From an uncultured Anaerolineae bacterium (GTDB lineage: Bacteria; Chloroflexota; Anaerolineae; SSC4; Amarolineaceae): a DNA stretch of 24,000 nt. This document shows, piece by piece, positions 7,822 through 15,254 of this stretch. The notes beneath the pieces are model-generated. The model did not search any database, was not told the origin of the DNA, and was given only the letters and a program-made list of their open reading frames with translations. The translations under genes were made by a program, and so were the position numbers. Within the stretch, counting starts at the first letter, position 1. Each line of letters opens with the position of its first letter. Location of the stretch: positions 1,451 through 25,450 of the forward strand of contig CAYUCC010000019.1 in assembly GCA_964443225.1 (NCBI GenBank), in the 5' to 3' direction.

Positions 7822-8649
7822 TCACTGGTCGTGCGGCCGCCGGCGGTACAGCGCAAACGCCACGGTGCCATATTCGGCCTGGCGTTCCAGGTCGAGGCCC
7901 TGTGCGGCGAACATGTCGTGAACGTCGGATGCGGGCCAGAAGTGAATACCGCCGGCCGCGGCTGCCTGTTGTGCACTGCGTCCGAGGGGTGTGGGGGCGG
8001 TGAGAAGATGCATGGAGAAAAAAGGTGCGCCTGGTTTGAGGACACGCGCCGCGTCCTGGATAACCAGCGCTGGGATTTTGAACTCATTGAGCGAGCCACC
8101 GCACACCATGCCGTCGATGCTGGCGGTGCGCAGGGGCAGCTGTTCGCCTTCGGCACACAGCAGGTGCACGTTGCCCAGGTTTTCATGGCGAATGCGTCGC
8201 CCGGCCTGCTGCAGCATACGCAGCGAGCTGTCGACGGCAATGATCTCACGTGGGGCCCCGTGCACGCTGGCACTGCGCGCCAGCGAACGCGCATAAAGAC
8301 CATGCGAACAGGCCAGGTCGACAAAGAGACCCGGACCTTCTGGGGCCAGCCAATCGTCGAGCAGCGCCAACTCACGGTCGAAACCGAATGGTTCCCCGCT
8401 GAGCAGCGTCAGGGACCGCCGGCGCCACAGATTTTCGTACCCCCAGGCCACCGGCCAGGTGAAATTGGTCCACTGTGCCGGCGTGCGAAAGTGCGGGCCA
8501 TGCGGCAGCAGGTCCAGAATACCATCGACGACGCGATACTGCGACTGGCACGCACCGCAGCGCACTGTTTCCGGCGCGTACGCCAGACGTTCCCACTGTG
8601 CCTCGCCACACGCCGTACACGTGACCCAGTCCAAAAGTTCAAACGCCAT
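7822..8649 (-). CDS. class I SAM-dependent methyltransferase with an N-terminal CxxC...CxxC zinc-ribbon (Trm112-like) module
   Basis: Zn-ribbon: MAFELLDWVTCTACGE...VRCGACQSQYRVVDGILDLL. Motif I-like VDLACSHGLY, plus a Methyltransf_11-like core. ATG at 8649 chosen. The track ORF to 8811 runs through the repeat element and is probably over-extended. Substrate unknown. Confidence 0.75.
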   Translation of the reverse strand: MAFELLDWVTCTACGEAQWERLAYAPETVRCGACQSQYRVVDGILDLLPHGPHFRTPAQWTNFTWPVAWGYENLWRRRSLTLLSGEPFGFDRELALLDDWLAPEGPGLFVDLACSHGLYARSLARSASVHGAPREIIAVDSSLRMLQQAGRRIRHENLGNVHLLCAEGEQLPLRTASIDGMVCGGSLNEFKIPALVIQDAARVLKPGAPFFSMHLLTAPTPLGRSAQQAAAAGGIHFWPASDVHDMFAAQGLDLERQAEYGTVAFALYRRRPHDQ

Positions 8650-8760
8650 CCCGAGCGCTCCGATCGATCGAAAACATGCTGCGCAACCCGATTGCAGACG
8701 AGTCCATCCGACCCGCTGTCTCTCGCAGGTAATCGGTTCGAGACATACAACTATCGACGT

Positions 8761-8843
8761 AAGGGCTTGTAAAAGAATATCTTCCTGCAAAATGGCCGGA
8801 ATTCGCCGCAAAGCACGGTAAGTTATTCTTTTGCAAGCCCTAA
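8761..8843. repeat. 83-bp hairpin-forming repeat element, copy A (MITE-like or structured RNA)
   Basis: aagggcttgtaaaagaatatcttcc...ggtaagttattcttttgcaagccct forms an imperfect stem of about 24 bp around a loop of about 31 nt. 70 of 83 positions match copy B (17516-17598) in the same orientation. It directly abuts the sigma-factor stop codon (8844-8846). Confidence 0.85.
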
Positions 8844-9473
8844 CTATGCCGCGGCCAGGGCCACCTGGTGCTGCAGCATGTTCGTCAGCGACTTGCGTCC
8901 TCGATGCACCCGCATCTTCATGGCACTCAAGCCAGCCTGCGCTGCCGCCGCCATTTCCTGGTAGCTCAATCCTTCCAATTCACGCTGTACCAGCGCCTGG
9001 CGGTAGGGCTCATCCAGGGCGGCGAGAGCGCTGTGCACCAGCGCAACCTGCTCCGACTGCAGTACCACCTGCTCCGGCGTCTTCGACTGCCAGGAGAACG
9101 GATCTGCGTCCAGCGTCAGCGTTTCACCCAGGTCGGACCACTCGGTGTCCGCCGCCTGTGGCCGCCGCCGCCGCTTTTCCAGGGCATCCAGACAGGCGTT
9201 GACCGCAATCCGGTACATCCACGTGCTGAACCGAGCCCGACCTTCGAAACGACCCAGGGACCGGTAAATCTTGATGAATACTTCCTGCGCCTGATCTTCC
9301 GCTTCCTCGGCGTTACCCATCATCCGCAAACACAACCCGTACACCTTGTTCTGGTAACGCGTCACAAGGATATCGAACGCCTGGCCATAACGCGCCGCGT
9401 CGTCCACAAAGAGCTGAACCAGGGTCTCATCCTCAAGCTGCTGAAGCTCGTTCTGCGCAATTCCGGTTCTCAT
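8844..9473 (-). CDS. ECF-type RNA polymerase sigma-70 family factor (sigma-24 like)
   Basis: Region 2: VYGLCLRMMGNAEEAEDQAQEVFIKIY...FSTWMYRIAVNACLD. Region 4: LSYQEMAAAAQAGLSAMKMRVHRGRKSL. GGAGG lies 6 nt upstream of the ATG. Confidence 0.9.
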   Translation of the reverse strand: MRTGIAQNELQQLEDETLVQLFVDDAARYGQAFDILVTRYQNKVYGLCLRMMGNAEEAEDQAQEVFIKIYRSLGRFEGRARFSTWMYRIAVNACLDALEKRRRRPQAADTEWSDLGETLTLDADPFSWQSKTPEQVVLQSEQVALVHSALAALDEPYRQALVQRELEGLSYQEMAAAAQAGLSAMKMRVHRGRKSLTNMLQHQVALAAA

Positions 9474-9536
9474 GATAAGCCTCCGCTACATGGTTCCTTC
9501 TGACCGCTCATGCCACACTATCCTTCACATGTGGCT

Positions 9537-9565
9537 ATTATACAACCGTGTTCGGAGTTTGTCAA
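9537..9565 (-). promoter_or_regulatory. consensus sigma-70 type promoter for the ECF sigma gene
   Basis: Minus strand reads TTGACA (9565-9560), a 17-nt spacer, then TATAAT (9542-9537). Both hexamers and the spacing match the consensus exactly. The near-palindrome TCAAATGTTTGA overlaps the -35. Confidence 0.6.
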
Positions 9566-9582
9566 ATGTTTGAACATGCAAT

Positions 9583-10971
9583 TTAGAACTGAGGTGGCCA
9601 TCCCCATTCGGCAGCCACGCGTTGAATATCGAGCACGTCGATGGCACCGCTGCTGTCCACATCGTAGCGCGGATCATAGCCGGGCTGTCCGTTAGTGAGC
9701 GACCAGGCGCCGGCTACGGCCTGGAGGTCCAACACATCGACCACCGCATCGCAGGCGGCTGGCGCCACGTCGTAGCGGTAGCAGGTCACGGTCAGGGGTG
9801 GTAGGATCGAGCGCTGCTGCTCATTGCCGGCACTGTCGCGCACGGCCAGGGCATACTCGTAGGAACCGGCGGGCAGGCCAACGTCGTGGAAGGTGCCGAG
9901 CATGCCGGTTTGGGCAACCGGTTCGAAAGCGGGCGTGGCCGTCAGCCGGCGGTAGAGGTTGTAGCCCGCCAGCGGTTCCACGGCGTACGGCTGCCAGGTC
10001 AGCTGGGCTGCACCGCCCAACGCGCTGGCGGCCGCCAGCGCCGATTGTGGCTCGGTATTGCGCCGGGTCAGCTGACCATCGAGGCGGCCCGCGGCCAGGT
10101 CATCGGCCAGGCCTGTGCCGTGCAGGTAATAGAAATAGTCGGCTTCAGCGCGCAGATAGTAGCGCAGCCAGGCCGTCACATAGCGCCGGATCACCTGGCG
10201 GCGGGTGCTGCTGGCACTGCCACAGAAGAGCGTGCACGAGAAGTCTGTCGGGTCTTCGAAATCGCAGTGCGTGGCGCCCACGGCCACGTACTGCGCACGT
10301 TGCGCCGCTGCGTTGAGCGGGTAGAGCTGCGTGTAACCAGCGCTGGCATTGCAGCTGCTGGCGGGCGCGGCCGCCCACGCCGCGGGCATCGTCAATCCGG
10401 CACCCAGGGCGGTGAGATCAGCACCCGAAGCCGGCACCGGATCGAGCGTCATGCTGGCCCGGATGCGCGTGTCCTGGCCAGCCGCGACCCACGCAGCCAT
10501 GCCGCCAGCCGAATGTCCCAACACGCCAAAACGGTCCGTCGCCACCTGACCCCAAAACCGCGAGCCGGGATCGGCATTTTGTGCCTCGAGCCAGTCGAGC
10601 GCCGCACCGATTTTGGCCGCCCACACGTCGAAATCGGGTGCCAGGGGGTTGGGAAAGTCCACCGTGACCACGACGAAACCGTGGGAAGCCAGGAACGTGG
10701 CGTTGCCCACATGGTTCGCGCGGCTGCGCGCAAATCCGTGACCCAATACCAGGCCCGGAAACGGCCCCCCCACCGCAACCACCCCACCCGTGCCCGGGTA
10801 AAAAACCGTTGCCCCCTGACCCGTCAACGTAAAACTAAACTGATCCACCGCATACGGCCCCGCCACCCCCGGATCCGGCGGCACCCCCCCCTCCGCCTCA
10901 ACCACCGGCCCCAACCCCACCCAAACCACGCACACCACAAGCAACCACCGCACAAACCCTCTCCCACCCAC
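9583..10971 (-). CDS. secreted alpha/beta-hydrolase (cutinase / polyesterase / dienelactone-hydrolase-like) with C-terminal FN3-like and dockerin-like modules
   Basis: Signal-like N-terminus VRWLLVVCVVWVGLGPVVEA. Core: VFYPG...PGLVLGHGF...LASHGFVVVTVD...DRFGVLGHSAGG (GxSxG nucleophile elbow)...VGATHCDF, which resembles actinobacterial cutinase and PETase layouts. FN3-like: LTWQPY...YNLYRR...YEYALAVRDSAGNE. Dockerin-like Ca-binding repeats: DAVVDVLDLQAVAGAW and DVDSSGAIDVLDIQRVAAEW (nt about 9586-9789). GTG start at 10971 follows GGGAGGGG. Confidence 0.75.
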   Translation of the reverse strand: MGGRGFVRWLLVVCVVWVGLGPVVEAEGGVPPDPGVAGPYAVDQFSFTLTGQGATVFYPGTGGVVAVGGPFPGLVLGHGFARSRANHVGNATFLASHGFVVVTVDFPNPLAPDFDVWAAKIGAALDWLEAQNADPGSRFWGQVATDRFGVLGHSAGGMAAWVAAGQDTRIRASMTLDPVPASGADLTALGAGLTMPAAWAAAPASSCNASAGYTQLYPLNAAAQRAQYVAVGATHCDFEDPTDFSCTLFCGSASSTRRQVIRRYVTAWLRYYLRAEADYFYYLHGTGLADDLAAGRLDGQLTRRNTEPQSALAAASALGGAAQLTWQPYAVEPLAGYNLYRRLTATPAFEPVAQTGMLGTFHDVGLPAGSYEYALAVRDSAGNEQQRSILPPLTVTCYRYDVAPAACDAVVDVLDLQAVAGAWSLTNGQPGYDPRYDVDSSGAIDVLDIQRVAAEWGWPPQF

Positions 10972-10982
10972 AGCGCCCCTCC

Positions 10983-11017
10983 CTACTCCCTACTCCGTAC
11001 TCCCTACTCCCCACTCC
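10983..11017. repeat. five tandem heptamers CTACTCC (minus strand: GGAGTAG/GGAGTAC/GGAGTGG) in the hydrolase leader
   Basis: ctactcc ctactcc gtactcc ctactcc ccactcc, read directly from the sequence. On the minus strand the G-runs also satisfy a G-quadruplex pattern together with the adjacent GGGAGGGG. Confidence 0.9.
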
Positions 11018-11018
11018 G

Positions 11019-11048
11019 ATTGCATATCCAAAAAGGTTGTGTTACAAT
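11019..11048. promoter_or_regulatory. face-to-face divergent promoter pair for the TPR gene (+) and the hydrolase gene (-)
   Basis: Plus strand: TTGCAT (11020-11025), 17 nt, then TGT-TACAAT (11043-11048, extended -10). Minus strand: TTGTAA (11047-11042), 17 nt, then TGCAAT (11024-11019). Each -35 is essentially the complement of the other promoter's -10. Confidence 0.5.
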
Positions 11049-11067
11049 ACTGCCAGGGAGCCAGAAC

Positions 11068-11706
11068 ATGAACCGGCTGGGAAAATTGCTAAAACGGGTC
11101 GACCGGTTGATGCGTCAGGAACAACCGTGGCAGGCTGCTCAGGTACTTGAGCAGATTCTGGCCACGCGCCCGGTGGACGACAAGACGTGTGAAGTGCTGA
11201 GCGCCTACCTGGGCGATATCTACCTGGCCCTGGACGACCTGTCGCGCGCCGAATCGAACATCACCCACGCCCTGGAACACAACAGCGGCGCCAGCCACTA
11301 CCACTATTTGTTAGGCATGGTCTTTTCGGCCGGTCTGCGCTGGCGCGAGGCGATCGATGCCTTGTGGCATGCGATCGAGCTGTCACCCGACGATGACGAA
11401 TACCTGCGGGCCCTGGGTTGGGCGGTATTCAGCTCGGGTGACGAAGCGCAAGGTCGCTCATTGCTGCAAGAGGCGCTGCGTGTCAACGTGAGCAACATGG
11501 TCACCCTGACCGACCTGGCGCTTGTGTACACACGTGCTACCCAGTTTCCCGAAGCACTGGACTGTGCCAGGCAGGCACTCGAACTCGATCCACACTCTGT
11601 CCTGGCCAAAGACGTGCTGCGTGTGGTCCAACTGCGAAAGCTCGAACACGAGCGCGTCGAAGCCAAAAAAGGCGGCCCGATGGCTGAAGTCGGCATGGCG
11701 CCCTGA
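11068..11706 (+). CDS. tetratricopeptide (TPR) repeat protein
   Basis: 212 aa with repeated TPR-like helices (AAQVLEQILATRP; LGDIYLALDDLSRAESNITHALEHN; YHYLLGMVFSAGLRWREAIDALWHAIELSPDD; ALDCARQALELDP). ATG at 11068 follows AGGGAG. The 606-aa track ORF beginning at 9886 is an antisense over-extension. Confidence 0.75.
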   Translation: MNRLGKLLKRVDRLMRQEQPWQAAQVLEQILATRPVDDKTCEVLSAYLGDIYLALDDLSRAESNITHALEHNSGASHYHYLLGMVFSAGLRWREAIDALWHAIELSPDDDEYLRALGWAVFSSGDEAQGRSLLQEALRVNVSNMVTLTDLALVYTRATQFPEALDCARQALELDPHSVLAKDVLRVVQLRKLEHERVEAKKGGPMAEVGMAP

Positions 11707-11741
11707 CCGGACGCTGCTGCATGACCGATGATGACAAAGAG

Positions 11742-11787
11742 GGCTGAGAGGACCAGGGTGACTCACCAGGTCCTCTCAGCCTTTTTG
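11742..11787. terminator. bidirectional rho-independent terminator between the convergent TPR gene and ftsZ
   Basis: GGCTGAGAGGACC (11742-11754) pairs perfectly with GGTCCTCTCAGCC (11769-11781). It is followed by TTTTT on the plus strand and by CTCTTTGT on the minus strand. Confidence 0.75.
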
Positions 11788-11805
11788 CATAAAAGGGTTC
11801 GCCGG

Positions 11806-12951
11806 CTACTTTTCGTTGACCCGTTTGCGAATGAACGCCGGCACGTCTAGGTCTTCGCGTTTGAAGGTCCGCGACGGAAAGGGGATGGTCTGCCCCGTAG
11901 GTACCGGCTGTGTGGCGGGCGTACGCCCATCCAGGCGTGTCGACTGGGTCGCCGTGGTGGCGGGACGGCGCTGCATGTGGGCGACGTCGAAGCCCGTGGC
12001 AATGACGGTGATACGAATTTCGTCCGCCATGCTGGGATCGATCACGGCACCGAAGATGATGTTGGCGTCGGGATGTGCGCTGGCGCGTACGATCTCGGCG
12101 GCCTCGTTGACCTCGAAGAGGGTCATGTCGGCGCCACCGGTCACGTTGAACAGAATGCCCTGCGCACCTTCGATCGAGACATCGAGCAGCGCGCTGTGAA
12201 TGGCCTGCTCGGCGGCCTGCTGGGCACGGTTTTCGCCGCGGGCACGGCCAATGGCCATGAGGGCGGCGCCCCCATCGCTCATGATGGTGCGCACGTCGGC
12301 AAAGTCCAGGTTGATCAGCCCGGGTACCGTAATCAACTCCGAGATACCCTGGATGCCCTGGCGTAACACATCATCCGCCACCGCAAATGCAGTCTCCACC
12401 GATGCCTTTTTATCCACGACCTGCAGCAGACGGTCGTTGGGAATGACGATCATCGTGTCGACGTGGTCTTTGAGGCGGTTGATACCATCGTCGGCGGCGC
12501 GGTTGCGCCGCGTGCCCTCGAACGAAAACGGTCGCGTGACCACACCGATGGTCAGCGAACCCATCTCGCGCGAGACCCGCGCGATCACCGGTGCCGCCCC
12601 GGTGCCGGTGCCACCCCCGATGCCGGCAGTGACGAAGACCATATCGGCACCTTTGATCAGCGCCTTGATCTCCTCCTCCGACTCTTCGGCTGCTTTCTGG
12701 CCGATTTCGGGATTTCCACCCGAACCCAGCCCCTTGGTGAGCTTGTCACCGATGCGCAGCCGGTGCGGGGCCTGCGAGAGCATGAGCGCCTGGGCATCGG
12801 TATTGATGGCAACAAACTCGACACCCTGGATCCCGGCCTCGATCATACGATTGACGGCATTGGAGCCACCACCCCCAATACCCAGAACCTTGATCTGGGC
12901 CACGTTTTCGACGTACGGCTGCTGTGGCTTGCGCGTGACTGGCGTAGACAT
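11806..12951 (-). CDS. ftsZ: cell division GTPase FtsZ
   Basis: [45 protein letters not shown] (tubulin signature), NLDFADV. AAGGAGG RBS. Confidence 0.97.
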   Translation of the reverse strand: MSTPVTRKPQQPYVENVAQIKVLGIGGGGSNAVNRMIEAGIQGVEFVAINTDAQALMLSQAPHRLRIGDKLTKGLGSGGNPEIGQKAAEESEEEIKALIKGADMVFVTAGIGGGTGTGAAPVIARVSREMGSLTIGVVTRPFSFEGTRRNRAADDGINRLKDHVDTMIVIPNDRLLQVVDKKASVETAFAVADDVLRQGIQGISELITVPGLINLDFADVRTIMSDGGAALMAIGRARGENRAQQAAEQAIHSALLDVSIEGAQGILFNVTGGADMTLFEVNEAAEIVRASAHPDANIIFGAVIDPSMADEIRITVIATGFDVAHMQRRPATTATQSTRLDGRTPATQPVPTGQTIPFPSRTFKREDLDVPAFIRKRVNEK

Positions 12952-13029
12952 CGGAACTTGCCTCCTTGTGTGTTTCTGATGGAATGAAATGCAACAACAC
13001 CTGTGCCGAAAAAACGTGTAACCCGCTGC

Positions 13030-14259
13030 TCAATGGGGATCTGGCAGTAAGTTACGTAGCCAGTGTACGACCCGCTCCAGGAACGGGGAAGGCGCATTCC
13101 GTTGTCGCCCAGGGTGACGCTGTTGAGATCCCCACAACAGCAGCCCCACACTCGTTGCATGCGTCGGATTGCGCAGTTCGTCGCGCAGTCCGCTGATTTG
13201 ACTCTTGGGTACACCAATGCGCACCGGCATCTGCAGCGTCTGGCGGCCCAGGTCGACCCAACCGGGCAGCTGCGCCGCCCCACCGGTCAAAACGACCCCC
13301 GCCGGCAGCAGACCATCGTAACCGCTGCGTTTGATCTCGCGCAGAACCAGCTCGACCATCTCTTCAGCGCGGGCCTGCAAGATCTCCGCCAGGAACCGGC
13401 GCTGGACCTGCTCGTGCCCCTGGTCACCAAACTGGCTGATCTGTATCGATTCATCGGTCGGCAGCGCGGCCGGGTCCAGGTTTCCATAACGCAGCTTCAA
13501 TGACTCGGCCACTTTGAACGGCGTATGCAGCCCCACCGCCAGGTCCTGTGTCAGGTGGTTGCCACCGACGTCAAGCACTACCACGTGATACGGCGCCCCC
13601 TCGAGAAAAATGGCGATGTCGGTCGTGCCGCCGCCAATGTCGGCCAACGTCACCCCCATGTCGCGTTCCGCCGACGTCAACACCGCTTCGGCCGCGGCCA
13701 GGGAACCAAGCACCAGGTCCTCCACTTCGACGTCGTTGCTCGTCACGCAGTTGACCAGGTTGGCCACCGCAGTGGCCGCCCCCGTGATCACCTGGGCATC
13801 GACCTCCAGCCGAAAACCGTGCATGCCGATGGGATCGCGCACCCCTTGCTGCTCATCCACGGTCCAGGTGCGCGGTGCCGTGTAGATGATGTCACGGTTG
13901 TGCGGAATGGCAATGGCACGCGCTGCCTCCAACGCCCGTTCGACGTCCTCGTGGGTGATCCCCTGCTGGGCTTTGCGCACCGCGGCCACTCCGTGGCTGG
14001 ATACGTTGCCGATGTGGTTGCCAGAAACGCTGACAAACGCCCGTTCGATCCGGTGTCCAGCCGCTTCCTCGGCGCGGTGAAGCGATTCTCCGATGGCGCC
14101 GGTGGCTTCGGTGATGTTGACCACGACACCACGGCGCAGACCATGCGCGGCGGTTTGCCCCATCCCGATGATGTGCACCGCGTCATCGCTGGTCATCTCA
14201 CCCACCAGGGTGCAGATCTTCGTCGTGCCGACATCGATGCCGGCAATCAAGTTGCTCAC
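13030..14259 (-). CDS. ftsA: cell division protein FtsA (actin-like ATPase)
   Basis: IAGIDVGTTKICTLVGE, LADIGGGTTDIAIF, VVLTGGAAQLPG. GTG start has GAGG upstream. Confidence 0.93.
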   Translation of the reverse strand: MSNLIAGIDVGTTKICTLVGEMTSDDAVHIIGMGQTAAHGLRRGVVVNITEATGAIGESLHRAEEAAGHRIERAFVSVSGNHIGNVSSHGVAAVRKAQQGITHEDVERALEAARAIAIPHNRDIIYTAPRTWTVDEQQGVRDPIGMHGFRLEVDAQVITGAATAVANLVNCVTSNDVEVEDLVLGSLAAAEAVLTSAERDMGVTLADIGGGTTDIAIFLEGAPYHVVVLDVGGNHLTQDLAVGLHTPFKVAESLKLRYGNLDPAALPTDESIQISQFGDQGHEQVQRRFLAEILQARAEEMVELVLREIKRSGYDGLLPAGVVLTGGAAQLPGWVDLGRQTLQMPVRIGVPKSQISGLRDELRNPTHATSVGLLLWGSQQRHPGRQRNAPSPFLERVVHWLRNLLPDPH

Positions 14260-14365
14260 CGTCGAACCTCGCTATCGTGAGTCGCCCTGCTTCTGACGAC
14301 TTCGGCTGCCTGCACGAGCCAATGCGGGCCATCGTGTGACCCGCCCATGATGCCGTGTCCGGGCA

Positions 14366-15241
14366 CTAGCGCACAAACGGTCGATCATCTACCCGCAGGT
14401 CGATCACCGAGGGAACGGCGCCCCGCTTCTGCCATTCGGCCTCGATCGCCCGCAGGACGTCGAGTTTTGCCTGCAAATCGCCACGTATCCCAAACACCAC
14501 ATCCGTACCCGCACGTGACCGGAAATGCAAGCCATTCTGGGCATCGTACTGGTACGTGAGCGTGTCCGGCAGCAGCTGCTGCAGGCTGAACAAGGCTGTG
14601 GCAACCGGCGCCTGCATGTGCACCACCGGCAGTCCACCAGGTCCGATGGGTGGCGACCCCGTTGCCGATGGCTCGACCGCTGCGCCCTGCGTATCGATGA
14701 GCTGCAGCAGCGGTGTCTCAGGACCCTTCCCTAGCGGCGGCAGCGCGACGCCCGCGCGGTCCACCCACGCCGTACCTTGGGCCGTCTGCCACATGATCAA
14801 TGGCACCCGCTCGGTGACGTCAATGCGCACACCGGCCGGCAGCCGGAAACGCACCCGCGCCATCGAAACGTACGGCAATGCCGTCTCGATGGCTGCTTCC
14901 GCCTGTCGCTCGTCGAGCCAGAAGATGCTCTTCCCTTCCAGTCCGGCTTGTGTATAGATCTCCTCGGCGGCAACCAGCTGCGTTCCCTGAACCTCGGCCC
15001 CAAAGGCGTAAAAATTGTCAAAGGACATGAACACATACAACAGGCCGGCCAGCAGACCAATCAGCCACAGGCTGAGCAGTTTGGCCGGATGCCAGCCCGT
15101 GCTGCGGACCATCGAACGCTGAATGGGCTGGATACGCACCGGACCCAGCGTCAGACCGGCATCCATACGGCGGCGCGATCGACGTTTTTGCTGCACGACC
15201 GCGCTTGCTTTGCGGGTACTTCCGGTCCTGCGAATGGTCAC
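14366..15241 (-). CDS. ftsQ: cell division protein FtsQ/DivIB (POTRA domain)
   Basis: Basic N-terminus, a single TM segment (LLSLWLIGLLAGLLYVF), then a POTRA-like region (VQGTQLVAAEEIYTQAGLEGKSIFWLD...VRIDVTERVPLIMW). Sits at the canonical position between ddl and ftsA. Confidence 0.8.
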   Translation of the reverse strand: MTIRRTGSTRKASAVVQQKRRSRRRMDAGLTLGPVRIQPIQRSMVRSTGWHPAKLLSLWLIGLLAGLLYVFMSFDNFYAFGAEVQGTQLVAAEEIYTQAGLEGKSIFWLDERQAEAAIETALPYVSMARVRFRLPAGVRIDVTERVPLIMWQTAQGTAWVDRAGVALPPLGKGPETPLLQLIDTQGAAVEPSATGSPPIGPGGLPVVHMQAPVATALFSLQQLLPDTLTYQYDAQNGLHFRSRAGTDVVFGIRGDLQAKLDVLRAIEAEWQKRGAVPSVIDLRVDDRPFVR

Positions 15242-15254
15242 CCTAACCTCGTCT

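Noticed and set aside
7822-8649. The gene downstream of the ECF sigma as its anti-sigma factor, since it has a Cys-rich N-terminus
   Set aside because: The Cys pattern is a CxxC...CxxC zinc ribbon followed by a full SAM-methyltransferase fold. It is not the HxxxCxxC ZAS motif followed by a TM segment. It is also separated from the sigma gene by 194 nt that contain the repeat element.
9886-11067. 5' portion of the 606-aa plus-strand ORF 9886..11706
   Set aside because: It runs antisense through the well-supported hydrolase gene and has a low-complexity Arg/Pro/His-rich translation. The real TPR gene begins at ATG 11068, which has its own RBS and promoter. Long antisense ORFs are expected at this GC content.
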